This document shows positions 51,543-62,584 of a stretch of DNA of 64,000 nt, in pieces. The stretch's first letter is position 1, and each line of letters starts with the position of its first letter. This DNA is from a bacterium (GTDB lineage: Bacteria; UBA8248). Where the stretch lies: assembly GCA_965200245.1 (NCBI GenBank), contig CBDATS010000008.1, positions 224,001-288,000 of the forward strand. Reading direction: 5' to 3'. The notes beneath the pieces are model-generated. The model was given only the letters and a program-made list of their open reading frames with translations, ran no database searches and was not told the origin of the DNA. A program made the position numbers and the translations under genes.

Positions 51543-52910
51543 ATGAACTCACCAATGGCCGAAGCCGAATCACTCCGTATGATGGACAAGGAGCACGTCT
51601 GGCATCCGCTCTTGAACCATTTCGGAATGGAGGAGAATCCCCTCGATGTCGTGGTCAAGGCCGAAGGATCAACCATCCAGGACGCTTCCGGCAGGGAATA
51701 CATTGACGCCATGGCCGGGCTTTGGTGCGTGAACATCGGTTACGGGCGCGACGAGGTGGCCCGTGCGGCCTACGAGCAGATGCTCGAGTTGTCCTACTAT
51801 CCGCTCACGCAGGTAAACCCGCCGGCTGCCAGACTCGCCGAGCGTCTTGCCTCCTTGCTGCCCAAGGGAGTCGAGCGTGTCTGGTTCGTTAACTCGGGTT
51901 CCGAGGCGGTGGATACCGCTATCAAGATAGCCCGTGCCTATGGACGTCTGAACGGCGGGAAGCGGTACAAGATCATCGCCCGCCACCAGGGATATCATGG
52001 AGCGACAATTGGCGGGGCGAGCCTCACCGGACAGACGCTCAGGCGCGCGATGTTCGAACCGCTCCTGCCGGGCGTGATTCACGTAAGTGCACCCTATTTC
52101 TACCGCAGCAACGCAGATACTGAAGAAGAACTCGCCTCCCGCTGCGCGGACGAGCTGGATGAGGTCATCCGCTATGAGGATCCCGGGACTGTGGCGGCGT
52201 TCATCGCGGAGCCTGTCATCGGTGGCGGCGGGGTGATTCCGCCTCCCGCGGATTACCTGAAACGCATGCGTGAGGTATGCAGAAACCACGGCGTGTTGTT
52301 CATCGCCGATGAGGTTATCACCGGCTTCGGGCGCACGGGAGTGCTGTTCGCTTCCGACTTGTATGAGATCGAACCGGATATCATGACGATGGCCAAGGGG
52401 CTGAGCAGCGCCTATCTGCCTATCGGGGCGACGGCGACCACGAGCGAAATTTTCGAGGCCCTGAACGCCGAGGGCGATTCAGGCTTCCTGCAAATCAACA
52501 CTTACGGAGGACACCCCGCGGCCTGTGCAGCGTCGCTCAAGAATCTGGAAATCATGATGGATGAGGAGTTGCCCGCGCGAGGTGCCAAGGTGGGCACTTA
52601 TCTCGGCGGGCTATTGAAGAAACTTTCCGACATTCCACTGGTGGGCGACGTGCGGGGGGTGGGCCTCATCTGGGGCGTCGAGTTGGTAGAAGAGAGTGGT
52701 GCGCCGCTTCCCACGGCGGCCACGGCGAAGGTGCTGGCCTACGCGAAAGAAGCGGGTGTCATTTTCGGCAAGAACGCAGGTATCGCAGCGGGCCCCTCGA
52801 ACACCGTAACCATCAGCCCGCCGCTGGTCTTTACAGAAGAAGAAGCCGAGCGCGCTGCCTCCGCTCTCGACGGTGCCCTGCGCCGCGTCCAGGCGGAGAG
52901 TGGCGTGTGA
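51543..52910 (+). CDS. Class III PLP aminotransferase (omega-amino acid/taurine-type)
   Basis: DAMAGLWCVNIGYGR, NSGSEA, FIADEVITGFGRTG, MAKGL, TYGGHP. Confidence 0.93.
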   Translation: MNSPMAEAESLRMMDKEHVWHPLLNHFGMEENPLDVVVKAEGSTIQDASGREYIDAMAGLWCVNIGYGRDEVARAAYEQMLELSYYPLTQVNPPAARLAERLASLLPKGVERVWFVNSGSEAVDTAIKIARAYGRLNGGKRYKIIARHQGYHGATIGGASLTGQTLRRAMFEPLLPGVIHVSAPYFYRSNADTEEELASRCADELDEVIRYEDPGTVAAFIAEPVIGGGGVIPPPADYLKRMREVCRNHGVLFIADEVITGFGRTGVLFASDLYEIEPDIMTMAKGLSSAYLPIGATATTSEIFEALNAEGDSGFLQINTYGGHPAACAASLKNLEIMMDEELPARGAKVGTYLGGLLKKLSDIPLVGDVRGVGLIWGVELVEESGAPLPTAATAKVLAYAKEAGVIFGKNAGIAAGPSNTVTISPPLVFTEEEAERAASALDGALRRVQAESGV

Positions 52911-52962
52911 AACGATAGCTGATAATCCAATCTTATTCATCATCCTGTAGGGAGGTTGTAAT

Positions 52963-53625
52963 ATGTCCAACATCACTATGCTCGACATCGAGGACCTGAA
53001 AAAGACGAAACTCGCTCCTTTCCTCAACAAGGCGCTAAAACACCGAGCGCCCGACCCTGCCTTTCACGCCATGCAGGGCCACAACGAGGATCTGGCGAAG
53101 TCGATGTATCTCGCCTGGGGAACGGTATTCAACACCGGTGTCATCGACCACAGGCTCAAGGAAATCATCCGCGTTCAGCTATCGCGCCGGGCCTTTTGCA
53201 ACTACTGAGGGAACGTACGCTCTGCTTCGGCGAAGCAGGCAGGTTTGACCGAGGAGATGATTGACGAGGGTATCGATAACTGGCGCGAGAGCGATCTTTT
53301 CACCGAAGCTGAGAAACTGGTCTTGGAATACAGCGAACTCATGGATTCGGAACCCGAGAAAATTGATGAGGCCTTCTATGCGAGGCTGCGTGAATGTTAC
53401 TCGGATGAGGAAATCGTGGAACTCGGCTCTTTCATCGGCTTCAACGTGGGCTACCATACCTTTTTCCGGACGCTCGATTTCTATCCCATGTTCTCCCCCG
53501 ACGGCAGGCTCGTGAGTCAGGAGGAATCGCGCCGCATCTACGGCGATTGCCCCGTCTCGCACTTGAGCGGTCCGCTGGCGCGCGCGATCGAAGAGGGTGA
53601 GGCGCAACAGACCAACGGCAGCTAG
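52963..53625 (+). CDS. AhpD/carboxymuconolactone decarboxylase-like selenoprotein (CxxU, Sec at TGA 53206-53208)
   Basis: ORFs 52963-53208 and 53245-53625 are in one frame: LKEIIRVQLSRRAF-CNYU-GNVRSASAKQAGLTEE..YSDEEIVEL; aligns end to end with the uninterrupted downstream paralog. Confidence 0.9.
53219..53240 (+). promoter_or_regulatory. Candidate bacterial SECIS hairpin
   Basis: GC-(bulged T)-CTGCTTC/GAAGCAG-GC stem with a GGC loop about 21 nt after UGA. Confidence 0.7.
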
Positions 53626-53634
53626 GAGGACGCC

Positions 53635-54240
53635 ATGCCGATCATCGAGCCGCTCGAACCCGAAGGAATTGAAGAGAAGGACTGGAAACGTATTATGGAG
53701 CGCACCACCGAGACGCAGGCACCCGATGCGCTCTTCTCGCGCATCATGGCCCATGCACCCGGCTACGCCGGCCCCCTGCACGACGCCATGCACCGTTCCC
53801 ATGTCATGGGCGGGGTGGATCACAAACTCAAGGAGATGATCCGCATTCAACTCGCCAGGACCGCGCAGGATACCTACTTCTCCAACCTGCGCTCCGAGCA
53901 GGCGAAAAAAGAGGGCCTGACGGAGGAGCGCATCGAAGCTGCCTGCGGGAATTTCGAGAACGACGCACAGTTCACCGACGCCGAGAAATGGGCACTCCGG
54001 TTTTCCTGCTGGATGTATCGCGACGCCGCGAGGCTGGACAGGGAATTCTACGATGAGGGCAAAAAACACTTCACAGAGGCCCAGATCATGGAGATCGGCG
54101 CGATGGTGGCACTTCACTACGGCCTTCAGGTTTTCATGCGCACGCTCAAGGCCTATCCCTTACATGACCCCGAGGGCAACCCCGTATCACAGGAACAATC
54201 TGAGCAGATTTACGGAAAAGACGTGCCTACACCCTCATGA
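53635..54240 (+). CDS. AhpD/CMD-like protein lacking the CxxC/U motif
   Basis: VDHKLKEMIRIQLARTAQ-DTYF-SNLRS..FTEAQIMEI; paralog of the upstream gene; GGAGG RBS. Confidence 0.85.
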   Translation: MPIIEPLEPEGIEEKDWKRIMERTTETQAPDALFSRIMAHAPGYAGPLHDAMHRSHVMGGVDHKLKEMIRIQLARTAQDTYFSNLRSEQAKKEGLTEERIEAACGNFENDAQFTDAEKWALRFSCWMYRDAARLDREFYDEGKKHFTEAQIMEIGAMVALHYGLQVFMRTLKAYPLHDPEGNPVSQEQSEQIYGKDVPTPS

Positions 54241-54279
54241 GTTTCGCCGTCGGTTCAGAAGCGTCCGCTTTGCAGGAAC

Positions 54280-54690
54280 TTGTTCGGGATGTTCTTTTCC
54301 CGGCTGTGAGGCTATCGACCTGTCGCTCGCGGAGTTGGAGACGCTGGTGCGAAATGACAGGCCGGACTGGAAAGGTGTGCTTGAGTGCGTCAAAGGTGTT
54401 TATTTGATCATGGACACGAAAGCGGGAAACGCTATGTCGGCTCTGCCTGTGACGATCAAGGAGTGCAGTCACGGTGGCGTGAATATATTGAGCGCGCCAA
54501 TGGGGGAAACACCGAACTGAACGCGTGGCCCGACGACCAAGGGGGGATGGATTATTGCCGGGTTCATTTTCGGTTCACGCTGTTGGAGTATTGAACTGGT
54601 CGAACGCCCGAGTATCTTTTCCTTGAACGCGAGGAATCCTGGAAACGGATACTCATGACGCGCGGCAGGCAGGGGTTGAATCTCGGTTGA
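54280..54690 (+). pseudogene. GIY-YIG nuclease fragment
   Basis: FPG..IDLS..WKGVLECVKGVYLIMDTK, frameshift, KRYVGSA..SRWREY..GGN..FRFTLLE, stop, EREESWKRIL.TR..GLN. Confidence 0.75.
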
Positions 54691-54966
54691 TGGGTTGTTT
54701 TTCGCGTTGAGTACAGGGCGGCGTGGTGAAAAAATCCTTGAATTACTTCCTCTCCCCATGTTCTAATGAATTTACAATCATCACAAAAGCGAATGCCCAT
54801 GTTTGGAGGCGCTTACGTCAACTCACCATTCGCCTTGAACTGGCAGGAATATGGCCTCTCTTTGCCTTGCCTGTTTCTCTGGGAGTCGTTGCATGCTGTC
54901 TATATGCGCAATCTTTTCGGGAACAAACGAATTTCAACCGGATTTCACAACAATGGGAATGAGATC

Positions 54967-56373
54967 ATGAAAAACCATCAACAGACTTCTCTTCCATGGT
55001 TTGCTATGTGGGGAGTGTTTCTCGCCTTCGTTGCTCTTGCGTTCACGGCGAGCGGGGCGGAGGCGGCAGTGGCCGTCGAGGGCCGGGTCGCAAATGACAA
55101 ATACATATTCAACACCTTCTTTTTGCTGATCTGTGGCGTGCTCATCATGTGGATGTGCGCGGGCTTCACAATGCTCGAGTCGGGTTCGGTACGCACGAAG
55201 AACGCCTCGGTGATTTGCCTGAAGAACATCGGCCTCTACGCCATCGCGGGGATCATGTTCTACATCATCGGCTATAACCTGATGTTTGTGGACGTTGGCG
55301 GCTGGATAGGCTCCGTCAAACTCTTGTTCCGGCCTTCTGGCGATGAGGTCGCCCTCTTGGCCGGGAATGAAAAGGCGGGCACCGCCATAATCGGGACCGA
55401 CTATGCCAGCATATCCTTCTGGTTTTTTCAGATGACTTTCGTGGCGACTACCGCTTCCATCGTCTCTGGTGCCCTCGCCGAGCGTGTGAAGCTGTGGACA
55501 TTCTTTGTTTTCATTGCAATCCTCACCGGCATCATCTATCCGCTGGTGGGTGCCTGGACGTGGGGCGGGGGCTGGCTCACCAAACTGGGTTTCAGCGATT
55601 TCGCTGGTTCCACTATCGTTCACTCGACCGGAGGATGGGCGGCGCTCGCGGGAGTCATCGTGGTAGGCGCGCGTCGCGGGAAGTTTCGCGAGGATGGGAG
55701 CGTCAAGCCCACGCCGCCCTCGAACGTCCCGCTGGTCACTCTCGGGGCCTTCATCCTTTGGTTTGGCTGGTTCGGGTTCAATGGCGGCTCCATGCTGGTG
55801 CTCAAGGGATCGGTCGATGCGTTGACGATGAGCAACGTGCTGGTCAGCACCAACCTCGCAGCTGCGGCAGGTTGCGTCGCCGTCTTGTTCACCGCAAATT
55901 CCATCTTCGGGCGTGTGGACTTACTCGCGGTGCTGAACGGCGCTATCGGCGGCCTCGTCGCCATCACGGCCGGACCGAACATCGTTGAATACCATTGGGC
56001 AGTCATCATAGGTGCCATTGGCGGCTTGGTGTGCGCGTACGGTTTGAAGATATTGGAGAACCTGAAGATAGATGACGTCGTGGGCGCGATTCCCGCGCAC
56101 CTGTTCGCTGGAATCTGGGGGACACTTGCGGTCTGTATCGCAGCGGGCGGTAGCCTCTCCGCGCAAATAATCGGCATTGTGGCGATTGGCTTGTTCGTGT
56201 TCGTGATCTCCTACGTCGTATGGTTGGTTCTGGACAAGACGATGGGCGTGCGGGTGACGGCTTCCGCGGAGGACCATGGGCAGGATTCGGCAGAACTCGG
56301 CATCGAGGCCTATCCCGAATTCGTGCTCATGCCCGATGAGGACGACGCGCACTTGGCAAAAGGAACTCGATAG
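54967..56373 (+). CDS. amtB: Ammonium transporter
   Basis: GFTMLESG, SGALAER, DFAGSTIVH, WFGWFGFNGGS, IDDVVGAIPAH; both pore His present. Confidence 0.95.
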   Translation: MKNHQQTSLPWFAMWGVFLAFVALAFTASGAEAAVAVEGRVANDKYIFNTFFLLICGVLIMWMCAGFTMLESGSVRTKNASVICLKNIGLYAIAGIMFYIIGYNLMFVDVGGWIGSVKLLFRPSGDEVALLAGNEKAGTAIIGTDYASISFWFFQMTFVATTASIVSGALAERVKLWTFFVFIAILTGIIYPLVGAWTWGGGWLTKLGFSDFAGSTIVHSTGGWAALAGVIVVGARRGKFREDGSVKPTPPSNVPLVTLGAFILWFGWFGFNGGSMLVLKGSVDALTMSNVLVSTNLAAAAGCVAVLFTANSIFGRVDLLAVLNGAIGGLVAITAGPNIVEYHWAVIIGAIGGLVCAYGLKILENLKIDDVVGAIPAHLFAGIWGTLAVCIAAGGSLSAQIIGIVAIGLFVFVISYVVWLVLDKTMGVRVTASAEDHGQDSAELGIEAYPEFVLMPDEDDAHLAKGTR

Positions 56374-56440
56374 ACCGGGCGAGAAAGCCTTCCGGCAGGA
56401 TTGTTCGGAGGGATTAAAGCCCGGCGTGCGTTTTTTCGCG

Positions 56441-57193
56441 TCACGCCGGCCCGAAATACGCCTTGATGCGTCTGGCCGCCTCCTTAGAGACGCCGCTCAT
56501 CACCTCTGTCACGCGTTTGGGTGAGGTGTCCTCAATTACGCCGTACCATCCCGATTCATACATCTCTCGCACATCTTTCGGGATGTAGTAGACTGCCGGG
56601 TCGCGCCGGGCGGCGTCGCTCTTCGCTCCGTGATCCATGGGGGATGCGTCCGTGGCGAGTTCGAGGTGAGCGAGTTCGGGCCTGTCGGCGAGGACAGGCA
56701 GGACCTCGAGTTCTCCACCGTGGGTGAGGCCCACCTTCTGGCCGTAGAGGTTCTTGGCAATGAAGTGCGCGTGCACGATGAGGATTCGCAAACCCTCGTG
56801 TGCGTTCTGGGCGTCTTCGGCGGCGATCTCCATCGCCGGCAGGTTGCGCTCGTGCCAGTTCAGGAACACGATTTTTCTCGCACCGTGCTGATGGAGGCTG
56901 CCGACGACATCGCGCATCAGGCGGGTCATAGTCTCAGAGCGCAGTGACACCGTTCCACCGAAGCCCATGTGCAGGGGCGTAACACCGAAGGGGCAGAAGT
57001 CCACGAGCAACCCGCCGGTGATAGCCACGACCCGCCTCGCGAACGATTCAGCCGCGTAGTAGTCTGTACCCATCGGCAGGTGGGAGCCGTGTTGCTCCAC
57101 ACTGCCGATGGGAATGATGGCTAGGGCAGTTTCCTCCAATATCTTTTCGGCTTCGGGGTTCGTCATTTCCATCAGTGTGCGCGCTTTTCCCAT
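56441..57193 (-). CDS. Creatininase family amidohydrolase
   Basis: PIGSVEQHGSHLPMGTD, NWH..N, HGGELE. Confidence 0.9.
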   Translation of the reverse strand: MGKARTLMEMTNPEAEKILEETALAIIPIGSVEQHGSHLPMGTDYYAAESFARRVVAITGGLLVDFCPFGVTPLHMGFGGTVSLRSETMTRLMRDVVGSLHQHGARKIVFLNWHERNLPAMEIAAEDAQNAHEGLRILIVHAHFIAKNLYGQKVGLTHGGELEVLPVLADRPELAHLELATDASPMDHGAKSDAARRDPAVYYIPKDVREMYESGWYGVIEDTSPKRVTEVMSGVSKEAARRIKAYFGPA

Positions 57194-57197
57194 CGTT

Positions 57198-57572
57198 CTA
57201 TGACTCCTCGTCTTGATCTTGATCCGTCGCGGGAATCGGTCCTTTGATTTCCATGAGTTCTATTACCACGCCGTCGGGCCCCTTGAGGTAGAGGTATTTG
57301 AGATGCGGCATATCGTCCTCTTCAATGATGGGGACGCTGTGTTCGTTGAGCATCGCACGGGCGGCGTCGAGTTCTCCCTTGCCTACGTAGAAGCCGATGT
57401 GGTCGACGCCCCGTACGATGATCATCCCTCCTCCGGCCATGAGTTTGGTCTGGGGCGCGCCTTTGCGCTCGCGCGAGTCGACGACGCGTGCCCCCAGGAT
57501 TTCCTGGTAGAAGCGCACTGCTTCGTCGTGATCCGTATGGAGAATGTGCGTATGTTCGTAGGTGAGTTTCAT
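57198..57572 (-). CDS. VOC (glyoxalase) family protein
   Basis: HTH..AVRFYQEILG, DHIGF, GPDGVVIEL. Confidence 0.82.
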   Translation of the reverse strand: MKLTYEHTHILHTDHDEAVRFYQEILGARVVDSRERKGAPQTKLMAGGGMIIVRGVDHIGFYVGKGELDAARAMLNEHSVPIIEEDDMPHLKYLYLKGPDGVVIELMEIKGPIPATDQDQDEES

Positions 57573-57870
57573 GGCACATCTTTTTTCGGTCGTGCCCGGT
57601 GAAGGTGGCTCGAAAAAATTCCTTTCCCATATATCGCAGAGCGGGACGTTCCATATTCATTCTGGCGCAAAAGGATTCCTTTTTGAAGTGTGCCGCGAAA
57701 TTTCGTCTCTGACGATAAGGAAGGTCTTCCGGTGAGCAAGAAGATGCAAGCCGCTATGACCCCGCGGATACTTTGCAAATCGGGACGAATCATTGTATAC
57801 ACAATCTCCCTGACCCAACTCGTCTGCCATCGCGGGACGGCTCGACAAAGAGCCGGGCGGAGGAGTCTGG

Positions 57871-58698
57871 ATGATCAACATCCCGCTGGAGGCAATTCCT
57901 GTGGCGCAAGCAGTATGCAACGGAGTCCAGATTTCCTACGATGATAACGGCATGAACACCCCGACACCCCCCATCGTCTTTATACATGGGCACGGCTTGA
58001 ATCGCTCGATGTGGGAGCGCCAGAAACTCGCGCTCCGGGGTACGCACCGTGTCCTCACGTATGACCTGAGAGGACATGGTCGATCGGAGAACCCCCCCAC
58101 GGGCTACAGCCGGGACGAAGAGGTCGCGGACCTCCTCGACTTGCTCGAACACACCCGTATCACCAGAGCCCACCTCGTGGGTCTGAGCCGCGGCGCCGGA
58201 ATCGCGCTCGGCTTCGCCGCGGCGCACCCGGACAAAACGGCGTCGGTCATCGCGATGGGCCCGGGTTACGACTACCCCCGCCTGATGCCCGAGTTTGCTG
58301 ACCAAAGGCTCCAGACCATGGCCACCCTGAGGGCCGAGGGACTGCGAGCGGCCAAGGACTACTGGGCAGATTTGCCCATCTTCGCCTCTGTGCGGGAAAA
58401 CGAGGACGCCGCCGATTGGGCAGAGGACATGCTCCTGACTTACACAGGCGCGCATTGGCTCGACCAGAATCCTCCACAGGACACGTCGCTCGCGAACATC
58501 GCCGCAAAGATCACAGCCCCCACACTCCTCCTGGTGGGCGAGAAGGATTTGCCTGGCTTCCATGAATGTGTGGACGAACTGGCGGCGAAGATTGAAGGCG
58601 CAGAGAAAATGGTGGTCTCTGGTGTGGGACAACTGATGGCGATCGAGGACATCGATACGGTGACGGAGCACATCTCCGCGTTTTTGGCGAAGCAATAA
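57871..58698 (+). CDS. Alpha/beta hydrolase-fold protein
   Basis: FIHGHG, YDLRGHGRS, GLSRG, PTLLLVGEKD. Confidence 0.88.
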   Translation: MINIPLEAIPVAQAVCNGVQISYDDNGMNTPTPPIVFIHGHGLNRSMWERQKLALRGTHRVLTYDLRGHGRSENPPTGYSRDEEVADLLDLLEHTRITRAHLVGLSRGAGIALGFAAAHPDKTASVIAMGPGYDYPRLMPEFADQRLQTMATLRAEGLRAAKDYWADLPIFASVRENEDAADWAEDMLLTYTGAHWLDQNPPQDTSLANIAAKITAPTLLLVGEKDLPGFHECVDELAAKIEGAEKMVVSGVGQLMAIEDIDTVTEHISAFLAKQ

Positions 58699-58775
58699 AG
58701 GAAGATTCCGAGTCGCGCGCGTTCAGCGTCTTATGGTTTCTTGTACGGGTCCGCGCGTGAATATCCGAGAACGGG

Positions 58776-60623
58776 ATGCGGCGGAGATCGGTATTGAATC
58801 CCTTTTCCGAAGTCAGAAAAATCGAGGCGGATGTGCTCATCATCGGCGGCGGCGTCGCCGGAATGATGGCGGCGGTGGGCTGCATTCGCTCGGGCGTCCA
58901 GCCTATTCTCATCACGAAGGCCACGTTTCCCTCGGGCAGTTCATCCATGGCGCGCGGCGGCTACACCGCGGCAATGGGCCACTCCGAGCCCACCGACAGG
59001 CCTGAATTCCTTTATGAGGATTCCATCGAGGCGAGTTACGGAATCTGTAACCACCGCCTGATGCGGATCATGAGCGAAGAGGCCATCGACAGGACAATCG
59101 AGCTTGACGCCTGGGGACTGGGCCTCGTGAGGATGGAAAACGGCAACTATCACCAGAAGAAAAGTGCCTCGCATCGATTTCCGCGCCTGCTTCACTGTGG
59201 AAAGCTGATGGGCAAGCCACTCATGCAATCTCTCGCACGGAAGATGCGCGAATGGGGCGTGAAGACGATACAGCATGCTGTCTTCGTGGACCTCATGAAA
59301 GTTGGGGAGCGCGTTGTCGGAGCGTGGGGGTTCATGTACAGAGAGGGGGTACCCATCGTTGTGCACGCACGTTCGACCATCATGGCGACGGGCGGCGCCC
59401 CGCAACTCCATGAGGTGAACGACTCGCCTCCCTATATCTCGGGCGACGGCTATGCCATGGCGCTGCGCGCAGGGGCCGAACTCATCGACATGGAGTTCAT
59501 CGACTATCAGCTACTCGCCGCAGCACCGCTCAATATCCGGGGCTATCCGCCCCACACGAGCGGTTTCATCAACGCGGGCGCCTTTCTCTATAACAACAAC
59601 GGTGAGCGCTTCATGTGGAACTATGACCCCGAGCGCGGCGAGCGTGCTACACGCGCCGTGGTGAACCGGGGCGTGGGCATGGAGATTTTCGAGGGACGCG
59701 GCACGGAGAATCACGGCATCTATCTCGATGCGCGCCACGTAATCGAGGAGGTGAACGACGGCGCCACGGCGGACATCATTCGCGTATTCAAAACCCAGGG
59801 TGTGGACATGGCGGAATCGCCCATTGAGGTGGCGAGCGGTCCGCACACCTATCTGGGTGGTATACGGATAGACGAATGGGGCCGCACGAACCTGCTTGGT
59901 TTCTACGCGGGTGGCGAGGCTGCCGGTGGTGTCCACGGTGCGAACCGAACGGGTGGCGCGGCTTTGGCAGACAGCTACGTCTTCGGGCTTCGCTCGGGCA
60001 TCGGCGCAGCTTGTGAGGGAACGCGTCTTGAAAGGCCCGATCCCGAAAGCGGCGGTTGGCAAGAGGGAATCGAGAAGCTGCGCGAGATCGAGGCGAGGAC
60101 GCACGGATCGGACGACAAGCAACTACGCCTTGAGGTGCAGCAGGTAGGTGTAGAAGGCATCGGGCAGATTCGTGAGGAAGCGAGACTTGAGAAAGCTCTC
60201 TCGCGGCTCGATGAACTAGAGGCCGAGAACGCTTTGGCCGTGGTGGCCGGCGATGCGTACCGCAAGCGCTTTGATTGCATGAGGAGGATTCAGGAGAATC
60301 ACAACCTCATTGGCGTGGCGCGCATGCTTGCCGTGGCGGCCCTCGCGCGAAAGGAAAGCCGGGGCGGGCATTTCCGCATCGACTACCCCGAGATCGACGA
60401 GGCTTGGCGATGTAACCTTGTGCTCTCGCTTGAGGACGGGAAGGTGATGCCAAGACGCCAGGAAGTGGTGGAAGCAAGCGATTCAGCACTCGTGCCCGGG
60501 GAAACGCCCACCACGGCAGCACTCGTGGAACAAGGTGGAATCGGCCAGAAAAATTCCCAGCATTTTCCCCCTGCCATTCTTCCAATGCGGAATGATCAAT
60601 TAAAGCCCAATAATAACAAATAG
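58776..60623 (+). CDS. SdhA/NadB-family FAD-dependent oxidoreductase (stand-alone)
   Basis: IIGGGVAG, MATGG, SGDG, DMEF, AGGVHGANR, RKESRGGHFRIDYP. Confidence 0.88.
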   Translation: MRRRSVLNPFSEVRKIEADVLIIGGGVAGMMAAVGCIRSGVQPILITKATFPSGSSSMARGGYTAAMGHSEPTDRPEFLYEDSIEASYGICNHRLMRIMSEEAIDRTIELDAWGLGLVRMENGNYHQKKSASHRFPRLLHCGKLMGKPLMQSLARKMREWGVKTIQHAVFVDLMKVGERVVGAWGFMYREGVPIVVHARSTIMATGGAPQLHEVNDSPPYISGDGYAMALRAGAELIDMEFIDYQLLAAAPLNIRGYPPHTSGFINAGAFLYNNNGERFMWNYDPERGERATRAVVNRGVGMEIFEGRGTENHGIYLDARHVIEEVNDGATADIIRVFKTQGVDMAESPIEVASGPHTYLGGIRIDEWGRTNLLGFYAGGEAAGGVHGANRTGGAALADSYVFGLRSGIGAACEGTRLERPDPESGGWQEGIEKLREIEARTHGSDDKQLRLEVQQVGVEGIGQIREEARLEKALSRLDELEAENALAVVAGDAYRKRFDCMRRIQENHNLIGVARMLAVAALARKESRGGHFRIDYPEIDEAWRCNLVLSLEDGKVMPRRQEVVEASDSALVPGETPTTAALVEQGGIGQKNSQHFPPAILPMRNDQLKPNNNK

Positions 60624-60676
60624 ATATGAATGCCGACCGGCGCTTCTAAAAAAGCGAAAAAAATCGGGTTTTTTCT

Positions 60677-60705
60677 TTGACAAACTCATCCCGAACCACT
60701 ATATT
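60677..60705 (+). promoter_or_regulatory. Sigma70 promoter of the rRNA operon
   Basis: TTGACA-17 nt-TATATT with an A/T-tract UP-like element just upstream. Confidence 0.75.
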
Positions 60706-60890
60706 TCGCCAGCCTGAACGGCCAAGAAGACTACAAGCAATACGCAGAGGTGGCGTCGAGAAGTTCTTGTGCCTCCGACGAATGGGAACAGACATTCCCT
60801 GTGCTTTTTCATGCGTACTCAGGCTTTGTGGGTTGACACGTACTGTCAATCATTGGTAATCTGTGTTTTCCTTCTTGTTTCAGGAAGATA

Positions 60891-60903
60891 TGATCTTTGA
60901 AAA
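60891..60903 (+). promoter_or_regulatory. rrn leader boxA antiterminator
   Basis: TGATCTTTGAAAA; second copy TGATCTTTGACAA at 63261-63273. Confidence 0.7.
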
Positions 60904-61023
60904 AAGAATAGGATATGTGACGGACCTGAACGGGCTCAGTAGTACAATTCCCAATTGAATCCAAAGGGATGGGAATCCTCCGGGAAACCGGTGAGGTGCA
61001 TTTTCCCTTTGGCAACGAAATAT

Positions 61024-62584
<1,561 letters not shown>

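Noticed and set aside
20897-53625. Genome-wide UGA reassignment (Trp/Gly) as the explanation for the split genes
   Set aside because: Many intact genes end in TGA at the expected C-terminus (gatB, gpmI, permeases) and read-through is seen only at Cys-motif positions
54592-54594. In-frame TGA in the GIY-YIG fragment as possible Sec
   Set aside because: No Cys motif context, and the gene is also truncated and frameshifted
54840-54870. Sigma54 promoter upstream of amtB
   Set aside because: Candidates lack either the GG-N10-GC spacing or the TTGC element
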